DNA from: Eledone cirrhosa
Taxonomy: Eukaryota
DNA: 64,000 nucleotides
NCBI GenBank assembly: GCA_964016885.1
Contig: OZ024741.1
Location: 214,210,001-214,274,000 of the forward strand
Direction of reading: 5' to 3'
Below are positions 53,169 to 64,000 of the stretch, piece by piece (within the stretch, counting starts at the first letter, position 1; each line of letters opens with the position of its first letter). A model generated the notes under the pieces. The model searched no databases, had not been told where the DNA came from, and worked only from the letters and a program-made list of their open reading frames with translations. A program made the position numbers and the translations under genes.

Positions 53169-54111
53169 GCTGCCAAGAAAGAAATTTTTCGGCAAAAATA
53201 GATATTTATTTTACCCCCTAAAAAGGGGGTAAATGCAAAAATGTTTCCCTAAATAACAGGGGTTAGTGTTCCAAATGTGTTGCACTAAAAAATTTATCCG
53301 GTACTTACAATAGTAAGGGTAAATCCCGATGGAATAGCGGAGCCGATGCGAAGCGTGTCTTACTCTATCAAGATAGATAGATAGATAGATAGAGAGAGAG
53401 ATAGATAGATATGTTTCCGATAAAATAAAGCACTAGTAGTAACACACGGGGGTCGATTTAATCGATATTCCCCTCCTCTAAAATGGTTGGAATTATGCCT
53501 AAATCAGGCACTATTATTTTCACTGGTCCACTAAAACGATGATAGTTCAACACCCAGCACAACCAAGCCCCGCGGGGAGGAGTGGTTGTTTCAGCTCGTC
53601 TCCCTCGCCGTGTCCTCCGGGTCAATGCAATCTCCATCCTGTCGGACGTGATCCAAAGACGGAGGGCAAGTTAGCTGGTGGTGTAGGGCAAGTTAGCTGG
53701 TGGTGGAGGATACTCTTTCGAACGTCACTGCTACAACTAACGTACGTATTAAAACAAACTTTTCTTTACTAGTATTGAATGTATTTTCAAATAAAATTCG
53801 TTTGAATGTTCTAGCTTTTTTCTTTTCATACCGAGTATTAGAGATTATTGACCCGACCACGTATATTTACATTTATACACCCATGAACATCAACCAACTT
53901 ATAATGTAAGCCGCTAGTTATCTGGCTGTCTGCCTGGTTTGTCTGGCTTATGTTTCTGGTGCGATGTCACTTGGATAGCCCAAATTATGGAATGACAAAT
54001 ATTTTAATAAACCCCAAACACACAGCGATGTGTGATGTCGGTCCATGACACATGCATTGTTGTTTGTTTTGGTTAAGTCTTATAATCCCCTTTCAACCTT
54101 GTATGTCTGTG

Positions 54112-54159
<48 letters not shown>

Positions 54160-54265
54160 TATTGAAGTTATATTGTATTGTTTATTATATATTATATATA
54201 TATATATATATATTTATTATACATTATATATATATATATATGTATGTATGCATATATATATATAA

Positions 54266-54302
<37 letters not shown>

Positions 54303-54438
54303 AGAGTGCGCGCGTGTGTGTGCATGCATGTGTGTGTGTGTGCATGCGTACGTGTGAGTGCGTGTCTTTGACACGCATGCATGTACTTACTTATGCATGT
54401 GTGTATATGTTCGTATGGAGCCTCACACACTCTCTCTC

Positions 54439-54482
<44 letters not shown>

Positions 54483-54498
54483 TGCATACATATATATA

Positions 54499-54674
54499 TA
54501 TGATGATGATGGTGATTTCTCCCGAATGAAACAGTTCTAGTCCTGTAGAAGCCTTTCTATATTAAATATTTATACTCTACTAAGTAAGGTACTCAATACA
54601 AAGGAGAGTAGAAATATTTAATATAGAAAGGCTTCTACAGGACTAGAACTGTTTCATTCGGGAGAAATCACCAT

Positions 54675-54682
<8 letters not shown>
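54499..54682. mobile_element. Palindromic element (homolog of 17856-18040)
   Basis: tatgatgatgatggtgatttctcccgaatgaaacagttctag... mirrored by ...ctagaactgtttcattcgggagaaatcaccatcatcata, between (TA)n tracts. Confidence 0.8.
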
Positions 54683-54715
<33 letters not shown>

Positions 54716-55047
54716 GATAAATCTACCAAGAGTTTACGGTAGTGTCCGATCCGTATGAAGAACTCAATGTATTCCGGATATCATGGAAAGAAGAGATGTA
54801 ATGAAAAATCACTTTCGGTGAAAGATAAACGGTATACAGAGTCAAGATAAAATATTAAACAAATAATGAATAAACAATTCCTTATATTAAACAAAAAAAA
54901 GTTCATTATTTAACGATCGTTTCTAGGATATATATGTGTTAGAATTGGTATGCATATTCAACAGATCTATGTACAAAATTATACAAAATTATACAAATTA
55001 TCAAGATTAAATATACATACCAACACATATATATATATATGTATGCA

Positions 55048-55120
<73 letters not shown>

Positions 55121-55125
<5 letters not shown>

Positions 55126-55815
55126 TATGTATACGTACATACATATATGTATACAGACGTACAGTAGTATGAATATATATATACATACATGCACACATAT
55201 ATATATGTACGTATGGATTCACCGAACATTTATTATAATGCTCTGTGTGTTTGTAAACAGACATCCCGTATTAAGCCGTAGTGTCTAGCACCCATCGTTG
55301 CTCGTTTGTTCAACATTGACAAAGGAACGCTGCACTAGTTTCAAGCTTATTACCTATCGTCAGCAACGCATACCTTTCTGCCAGATGATTGAACGTCTGA
55401 AAGTATATACTTTCCTTATGCATATTAACCGCTGAATAGCCCAATTTGCATATCGAGTGGGTTAATCGGCCGGGTGCACCGAAAACGGTAAACGGAAAAA
55501 ATTAAACGAAATTTCATTTCCCACTCTTAGTACGGCTGTTACTTAAATATAAGTATGTATACGTACATATATATATGTATACAGACGTACAGTAGTATGT
55601 ATATATATATATATATATATATACATACAGGCACACATACTGAGCATTATAATAAATGTTCAGTGAATCCATACGTACATATATATATGTGTGCATGTTA
55701 GGTATATATACATACTACTGTACGTCTGTATACATATATGTATGTACGTATACATACTTATATTTAAGTAACAGCCGTACTAAGAGTGGGAAATGAAATT
55801 TCGTTTAATTTTTTC
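55121..55815. mobile_element. Hammerhead retroelement, circularly permuted homolog of 7171-7950
   Basis: ataagtatgtatacgtacat at 55121 and ~55549; hammerhead at 55328-55368 (-) with cleavage triplet mutated to GUG; inverted segments at 55640-55815. Confidence 0.85.
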
Positions 55816-57599
55816 AGTGTATATATATATACATATATGTATGTATGCATATATATATATATATATATATAAATATACTATATATATAGAGTTATAAACT
55901 CAAGCAGTCTTTTACAATTAATTAGCTCAAAGAAAGAAGTATTTCTGAGCCGTGAAATACAAGTTAATATAAATTAATATATATGATAAACACTAATACA
56001 ATCATATAGGTGTTTCATTGTAAATGACCAAGTTAGCTAGATTGAAAAATACTAATTAGATTAAAACAGTTTGCCTGTCTCGATTTAAAACAATAAATCA
56101 ATAAAAACAAACCCATATTGGCAATGGCCGTGGCACTTGGACAAATTTAAATTTCAAAATCCAAACTTGTTCCGTAGATAAGTTTAAACTTCAAAACCCA
56201 AATAAGTTTCGATTATTGAAAAAGTGAAAAATTCCATCTTCTACTCTCATCAGCAAGTACCCAGAAAATTGGTATGTTTCACCTCAAAATATTTAGGAGA
56301 ACTGATTGCCGCACATGGTTTTTCAGCATCTAGCTACCTCATACTGTGCTGCTAGAAATAACAGCCGTTTTTATAGCTCTATATATATATAGTATAACGG
56401 CTCCTTTTATGATCTAATTGTAATCCCATAAAAACGGCTCATATAGAGAGTGAAGAGAGACAAACAGTAAAGCAGTTAAATTATAGAGAGAGGGAATGAT
56501 CTATTATAGAGAGAGGAAAGAGCGACGGAGAGACGACGCTCAACTTTATAATATTTGAGAGTGAAGAGCGACAGAGAGAGAGTAAAGCAGTTAAATTATT
56601 GAGAGGGGGAATGATCTATTATAGGGAGGTGTGTAGGATACATACATACATTCATACATACATACATAACAGACACGACACTCAGCTTTATAATATTATA
56701 GGTTAAAATAACAGATTAAAGTTTAAGCAAAGAATCGCTGCTTTCACGCTTAACGGGATCTTCTGAAACTAAAAATATCAATCTGTGAACGCAGAAGTAA
56801 ATATTTCAAAAAACGTTGCAACCGAAGGAAAACAAGAAGACGATACTTTGGTTCGTGAAGACAATGAACGGAAAATAGCGAACATAACACGTCATCAATA
56901 TTCGTCAGAATGTCGTAATGCAGATAGCCAGGCATACAGACAGATATTATAAGGGTGCGACGGAGATGGATAACCGGTGCCTAACACCACTTTAACAACA
57001 GAAAATTGAAAAATAAAAGCTGCAGTTAATATCTGTAGACCGTAAGGGATATGTAAATGCAAGTTTGAAGTCAATCGCAGTAGAAATGTGGATTTGTAGA
57101 CTTTGCAAAAATGAGGACACACACACAGACAACTACAGTTTTATATATATAGATATATATACCAGTGAAGTGCTGGGGTCGATGTTTCCTCTATATCTTT
57201 TTCTCACTTCCATTTACTCATTCTCTCTGTCTTTCTTCGGAAGAAATCTGCCGTGTTCTGATCTGGAGGGTGGTGTGCTCCGCCAGGTTTTAATAAATGT
57301 TCTAGAAATGCCGTATGTTGACCCTACAAATCGATTAGGAGTTAGGGCACCATGCATGCAATCTTGTATTGTATATATATTGCATATAATATATACATAT
57401 ATACTTATATACATTAAAATACATACTTATATATATATACATATACACATACACACATACAACAACGTTTAGACAGTCTGTCCGCTATTTCAAGCGTTAA
57501 ACTAATATAAAACGAAAAATCAATGATGCATCTGAACTCAATTCATTGTGTGTTATAATTGTTTCGCCGGCGCACAGCTGAGGCCATGCTGGGGCACTG

Positions 57600-57845
57600 C
57601 CCTTGTTGCGACACATTTTATCTCCAGCCGGTATTGGTTGGCCACTGGTGTAAGAGGGAGTTTGTTGCTGCTGCCCTTAGATTTCCCTCGTGCCTTGCTG
57701 TGGGCTCATCCGGGATCCTGGATAGCAAGGTGTCGAGATGTTTCTTGAAGACATCCACCTCCACGTCATGCAAATCTCTCAGATCCCTCGGCAGCTTGTT
57801 GAAGAGTTGAGGGCCCTTGAATCCCAGGCTATTGCAATATCTGCT
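57600..57845 (-). mobile_element. CR1/L2-group LINE 3' fragment
   Basis: Manual translation: YCNSLGFKGPQLFNKLPRDLRDLHDVEVDVFKKHLDTLLSRIPDEP...RAAATNSLL. Confidence 0.75.
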
Positions 57846-58082
57846 CCTTATTATATATACAAATGGAAGTACAGCATATTCGAAGCCAGAGCCTCAGCTA
57901 AGCCGACGAATGCTTTCAGCAGTGCAGCCAAGCACTCGACAAGGTATAGGACCTGAGGGTAATAACATACAGCTTAAAGGGCTTTGCAAAATGGAGACAG
58001 TGACCGGTAATTCAGCCGGGGTCCGTAGCAACGAAAGAACTGACTCGTGGTGAGAAAAAAATTCATATACATACACATGCAT

Positions 58083-58125
<43 letters not shown>

Positions 58126-58167
58126 TATATACATATATATACATATATATATACATATAAACATATA

Positions 58168-58201
<34 letters not shown>

Positions 58202-58280
58202 AGCACTTGCCGCAAATCTCGGAGGTTGTTTTCCGTTATTTCGTGAGCCGAAATGCGAATCTCGATAATTTATGTTTGTT

Positions 58281-58311
<31 letters not shown>

Positions 58312-58335
58312 CTTATAGGCAGATACTAACACGAT

Positions 58336-58740
58336 TTGTTAATAATTGTTTCTACTTTTGGCACAAGGCTAGCAATTACCCAATGCATTACTGGTACTTT
58401 ATTCTATCGACCCCGGAAGGATGAAAGGCAAAGTTAACCTCGGCGGGATTTGAACTCAGATCATACAGGGAGGTAACTCTATGCTTCAAAGCATGGCATC
58501 CGATCCTCTACCGATACTGCCAATCCACCGCCTTTGTTAATAATTGTTTCTACTTTTGGCACAAGGCCAGTAATTATCCAGTGCATTACTGGTACTTTAT
58601 TTTATCGACCCCGTAAGGATGAAAGGCAAAGTCAACCTCGGCGGGATTTGAACTCAGATCGTAAAGGGACGTAACTATGCTAGAAAGCATGGCGCCCGAC
58701 ACTCTACCGATACTGCCAATCCACCGCCCTTGTTAATAAT
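58336..58740 (-). mobile_element. Two tandem tRNA-derived SINEs with triplicated target site
   Basis: ttgttaataat at 58336, 58534 and 58730 brackets each copy. Confidence 0.9.
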
Positions 58741-58789
58741 GTGTTGTGATATTCAATGTGATTCTTACATCCTAATTTCCAGTTTTAAA

Positions 58790-59148
58790 GGTAATATGTA
58801 GAGAAGACTGTGTTGGTATGGACATGTGATGCGCATGGAGGGTGACCGCTGGGTAAAGAAGTGCCAAGAAATCCCAGTGGAAGGAAGACACAGTAGAGGA
58901 AGACCACGAAAATCATGGGCAAGGTGGTGAGAGCTGACCTCAGATCACTGAAGCTCACAGAGGAGATGACATTGGCAGTATCGGTAGAGGGTCGGACGCG
59001 ATGCTTTCCAGCATAGTTACGTCCCTTTACGATCTGAGTTCAAATCCCACCGAGGTTGACTTTGCCTTTCATCCTTACGGGGTCGATAAAATAAAGTACC
59101 AGTAATGCACTGGGTAATTGCTGGCCTTGTGCCTAAAGTAGAAACAAA
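58790..59148 (+). mobile_element. RTE 3' fragment interrupted by a SINE (58971-59148)
   Basis: RRLCWYGHVMRMEGDRWVKKCQEIPVEGRHSRGRPRKSW, then the SINE A/B boxes. Confidence 0.75.
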
Positions 59149-59379
59149 TATGTAGTCCACATTAAATCACAAAAACTAAACACCAGTTTCATGAAGCCAT
59201 AAAAAGCGACTGTAATCCGCTCCATGTTGCTCTGTGTTTCAGCCAATCAATAATTAGACGTTTTTTTTCTTGTGTGTGATGTGTATGTTTGTATGTGCAT
59301 GTATATGTATGCATATGAGTATGTTTGCGTGCGCCTATATATGTATGTGCGTGTAAGTATATGTATATATATGTGTCTG

Positions 59380-59410
<31 letters not shown>

Positions 59411-59439
59411 GTTTGTGTGTGTGTATATCTCTCTCTCTC

Positions 59440-59475
<36 letters not shown>

Positions 59476-60065
59476 TATGTATATATATAGTTTGTGCATA
59501 TATACATATGTATATATATATATATATGTGTATGTATGTATGTATCTCTATATTTGTGTATGTACACATATATGTGTGTGTATGTATATTTATTTGTATG
59601 TACATAACTGTGTGACTTTACACCCGAAGGCTATCGTACTTTTCCACGAACTTGTGACGTAACAACAGCATGACATCGGATACAAGAGTGTAGACATGCG
59701 CACTCAGCCTCCTTGTTAAGAGAACGGCGTTTCTGTTGACAGTAAAATCAATACTGCACTTTCTTTCCACCCACCTCAGGTGAAACACCCAGTTTATCTT
59801 GCTACCTCGCTTGCTGCTCTTGCACTTATCTATCTATCTATCTATCTATCTCTCTGTCTATCTATCTATCTATCTATCTATCTATCACACACTCTCTCTC
59901 TCTGTCGTTCTCACTCTCTTTCTCTCTCTCACTCTCTCTCTCGTTCGTTCTGTATATATATATATATATATATATACATGGAAAGTTATATTTAAATTGT
60001 TGGGTTACAACGAGTAAATATTTATAACTGATATAAAAGCACTCAACAAGTATTTGGAGTATATT

Positions 60066-60427
60066 TACGATATTAAATAAATGGAAATTATATTTATAAA
60101 ACCATATTTATTTCATTATATATATTTCAGGGATATCATATTAAAAATATGTTATGCCTTCTTCAGACAAAATACAATATAAACAGTCTTATAAATAGAT
60201 AGATTCGACATACCTTTTCAACTTCGACTTGCATTTGAAAAGTTGATTTCAACTTTTCAAATGCAAGTCGAAGTTGAAAAGGTATGTCGAATCTATCTAT
60301 TTATAAGACTGTTTATATTGTATTTTGTCTGAAGAAGGCATAACATATTTTTAATATGATATCCCTGAAATATATATAATGAAATAAATATGGTTTTATA
60401 AATATAATTTCCATTTATTTAATATCG

Positions 60428-60429
<2 letters not shown>
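60066..60429. mobile_element. Perfect 364-bp palindrome (family C) with two outward-facing hammerheads
   Basis: 181-bp arms with 2-nt loop (60247-60248); tattttgt-CTGAAGA-aggcATAACATA..TATGATATccct-GAAA-tatataTA^atgaaata at 60321-60386 (+) and 60109-60174 (-). Confidence 0.9.
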
Positions 60430-60516
<87 letters not shown>

Positions 60517-60854
60517 GTGTGTATATATGTGTATATATATATGTATATGTATATATATATATATGTATATATGTATACATATGTATATATATATATATAC
60601 ACACACACACATATTAATCTGCCTGTCTCTTTCTTCTATGTATGTTAACATTTTGGATGAATACCCCACACTCTCACCTCTCATATATATGAGAGGATTC
60701 TATATATCTCTATACCTACTCTGCATCTTCCCATTCATTGAGTACTCTCATGATTAGTGTTCTCCCCAGTCTCAGTACCACAGTCTCTCTCTCTATATAT
60801 ATATATATACTTTATTCATATGTAACCCATTTGCAACCAAGCAGCACGTCTAGT

Positions 60855-60998
<144 letters not shown>

Positions 60999-61049
60999 GC
61001 AAACGACGAAATAGAAATAGATCTAGAAACGTCACATGGTTCAATGCAC

Positions 61050-61900
61050 CATAATCGAAGCATGTACGCACTAACGTGCCAGGTCTCTTCTTCAGGGCAT
61101 TGGACGAATGTTTCCCGGCTTCACACAGGTACCACAAAATCTTCAATCGGCACACCGTGAAGTTCTCATTTTCCACGGAGCCCAACATGGTGGACTACAT
61201 GGCCATGATCAACGCGTTGAAATTGAGGACACTCATGGGCGCAACGATCAGGCACCAGACCCGCTGGGGGAGTTGCGGGAAGAGCACGCGGAAGTGGCTG
61301 ATGGTTCTGGGGACGTGCTTGGGGAAGACCCGCGGCTGCGGAGGACCCCAGGCCTGCCAGAAGAGACCAGCTGGTGGTGAACATTGAGTCCACCACTCCG
61401 CCGGAGCACCACTCGAGGACCGGTGAGAAAACAAATAAGACGCTAGGACCACGTAACGGGAGTTGCAAAAATGATGCACGGACATGTAACTGCCGTGTCA
61501 GTGAGGAGTGCCCTCTGCAGAGAATGTGCCTGACTAAGGGCGTTGTATACAGATGTGTGGTTACAACGCACAACGATAGCCACACATACATCGGAGCTAC
61601 ATCCACGACTTTTAAGTCGTGGATGTACAACCACAAGAGCTCGTTGAAGGACAGGAACAAGAGACATTCCACCAGATTGGCGGACTTAGTGTGGAGACTC
61701 AAAGACAATAGCATTGAATACGACTTCAGCTGGGGTATTGTTCAGCATGCGAATGCGTACTCGGCCGGAGACAGGTGGTGCAAGTTATGCCTATCCGAGG
61801 CTATGGAGATAGTAAAATTAAGGGCGACACAGTCAACCTCAAGTCTGAAATAATCCTGGCATGCCGACATCAATGTAAATGCACACTCTCCGCCCTAGTG
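61050..61900 (+). pseudogene. Penelope-like (Neptune-type) C-terminal linker + GIY-YIG endonuclease fragment
   Basis: FFRALDECFPASHRYHKIFNRHTVKFSFS..PNM; CNCR...CPLQRMCLTKGVVYRC...TYIGATSTTFK...NHK; CKLCLSE. Confidence 0.85.
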
Positions 61901-62740
61901 ATACCGGATCGATCTGCATAACGCACCACCGCACCGCAACACCACATGGAGCGCATGCAGCGGACCACAGTTGAACACCGCATATCTATGAATGCATGAC
62001 AGCACAAGCTGGTAGCAATGACAGTTCAAACGTTGCCCACCTCGTATAACACCCTAATAGCACCACCACACCAACTTGCGGACGCCGACGCATTACAAGT
62101 AGGATTGGGTCTACAAACATATGTGTGGTTTCAAATTTTCAAATTTCTAAATTTTCAAACTATAAAATTTTTAAATTGTTGATTTCCGATATTCGATTGC
62201 TGGTCTTAAGGTTAATATCGCAGCTAATTGTAATGTTGATGTTAATTTTAATTTTAATTTTGATTTTGATTTCAAGTTTTTATTTTGTCGTTCCATGCCA
62301 CCGATATACACACGCACACAACGCATGCCGCTGGCACATTTCATCATACATACACTCCACGTGTATTTCATATATATTGTTATGACGCACATACCCTTTA
62401 TATTCCATGTATACACCAAACCCATGCACATCACATATATACGCTTATGAAATGGATGTTACACAAAACCACAATATATATAACGTGTTTGTGCACGCAC
62501 GCACAGCCCACACCTATCCACAAGCAGCGAGACCTGCATCATGCGCAGGCTCCTACCCAGTGCCTTAGCCCAACAGCCCCCATGTATATCATATAAACAT
62601 TTGCACCACAGCCCACAATTATTGTATGGAACTTTAAACACACCTGGATAATGCCCGGTCCCCCCTGCATTCTTGTCATGTATGCATTCTCTTTTTCCAG
62701 CATTTTATTTTATTGTATTTTATCTTATTTTATTTTATTA

Positions 62741-63667
62741 CTAACAGTAAAGCCCGGCGTTGCTCGGGGCTGCTCAGTATCTGTGGTAAAGTTACAATGT
62801 TAAGTTCCTTTCTTGGCTTAAAAACTGTAGAGTCTACAGTGTAGACTTTCATGTGGTACTTTTGATTAATATTCCCTCAACCAACAGTATGCCTTATGAA
62901 GTTAAGAAAACATAACCATAACCCGAATGTTAAAACAAAAGAGGATGCTGGGGATAAAAACTGCACTGGTAATCTATTAACAAAAATCGAAAATGTAAAC
63001 ACTGCAACAGAGAAAAACATCAACGTAACCAAACTATCAGTTATTTTGAAACAAAGAAATTGGATGGACATGAACAAAATTGTTTTTTAAATGCGTTATC
63101 TGTGTCGTTTAAAATCATTGCTTCTAAATGAAAATCTCATAAGGCTTTATTCGAGATTATATATATAGATCAATGCTTTTTTAACAAAATATTTGCTTGT
63201 TTTACGGTGTATTCAAATAGGCTTGTTTTCAAGTAAAAATATTGTTTTAAAAGATGTTTAATGGAAATTAAGCAAAATGGAAGCTTAATGTTGAAACTTC
63301 GAACTCATGAATTTTGCAGGTTAAAATTTTGCTGGTCCGAAAACTGTTCGCGTATTTTTGTACTTTTGCACGCGTCGTATATTCGTAACATAAATAGATA
63401 GACAGAATGACGCCATAAAAGGGAAATAACTCGTCTCTCATCTCTATTTATACATTTGAACTGAAAAATCAATACAATACTAATTCGATTTTTGCACTTA
63501 GCGAGGGTCGATTTGAACATTTATTTTGACCGATGTCTCAGCCGGACTTTCATCTATAAGTGTAGCAATTTCACCGAAATTTGAACGTACGGTTTAGGAG
63601 GAGATGTGTGCCGACCGTTTTAGTAGACAGACAGACAGACAGACAACCTCAGTTTTATATATATAGA
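62741..63667 (-). mobile_element. Non-autonomous Helitron
   Basis: Minus strand starts A|TCTATATATATAAAACTGAGGTTGTCTGTC and ends cccgagcaacgccggg (hairpin)..TTAG|T; no TSD; A/T target. Confidence 0.7.
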
Positions 63668-64000
63668 TTAACTAACAAGTCTGGTGTTTTTGTTTGTTTT
63701 ATGTGTAGCATTGTTAACTTAAAAATAACTGGTTGGAACATCAATATTTTTCTAATAGAGCTAACAAGGGTACGGATGACTTTCCATGGATTTTTCTTTT
63801 CTATCCGTCTATATATGTGTGCGGTGTCTTGGCTACGCACGCTCCCCTGAGTCCAGTGTGTGAGTGTAGAATTGGATCTATTTGTTGAAAACACCTTTGA
63901 TATAGCCATTCCGTTTGAATAGCTGTTGAAAGCTTTCTTTTTTAAAAACGTTTTTTAAAAAACGTTCTTGCTACAGGCTCTTTCTTTTCCTTTTTTCTTT

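Larger units (their letters stand above)
47668..53371 (-). mobile_element. Full-length L1/Tx1-clade retrotransposon, copy 2 (ORF2 frameshifted)
   Basis: Near-identical to copy 1 at an offset of ~5732; separated from it by (GATA)7; (GATA)5 then (GA)n at its 5' flank. Confidence 0.95.

Noticed and set aside
42071-53232. Plus-strand and alternate-frame ORFs overlapping the Tx1 copies (e.g. 45891-46607)
   Set aside because: Shadow frames of ORF1/ORF2 and of the P/T-rich linker; no independent domain motifs
53545-53715. GC-rich segment as a possible HDV-like ribozyme / LINE 5' UTR
   Set aside because: Could not assign the nested double pseudoknot by eye; unsupported without a model search

Overview
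Eukaryotic (animal) repeat-rich genomic DNA. The extreme (TA)n/(CA)n/(GA)n/(GATA)n microsatellite load and the tRNA-derived SINEs suggest an octopus/cephalopod genome (inference). Most ORFs in the supplied track are microsatellite artefacts, and no host protein-coding exon can be supported. The real coding sequences are retroelements: two head-to-tail, full-length L1/Tx1-clade non-LTR retrotransposons on the minus strand embedded in a (GATA)n tract (41936-53371; copy 1 has intact ORF1 and ORF2), a decayed Penelope element (RT + GIY-YIG, 34281-36730), a second Penelope GIY-YIG fragment (61050-61900), and RTE/CR1 3' fragments. There are also SINEs and non-autonomous Helitrons. The most striking unannotated signal is about 25 intact or degenerate type I hammerhead ribozyme motifs read directly from the sequence. 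Five lie in a near-perfect 5 x 310-bp tandem array (12741-14277; retrozyme-like, probably copied from a circular RNA). Most of the others lie in short non-coding palindromic elements from several unrelated families, which sit between (TA)n tracts with their 3' ends usually pointing outward. Together these look like a (TA)n-targeted, Penelope-mobilised population of ribozyme RNAs. All motif calls were made by eye; no database search or folding program was run.
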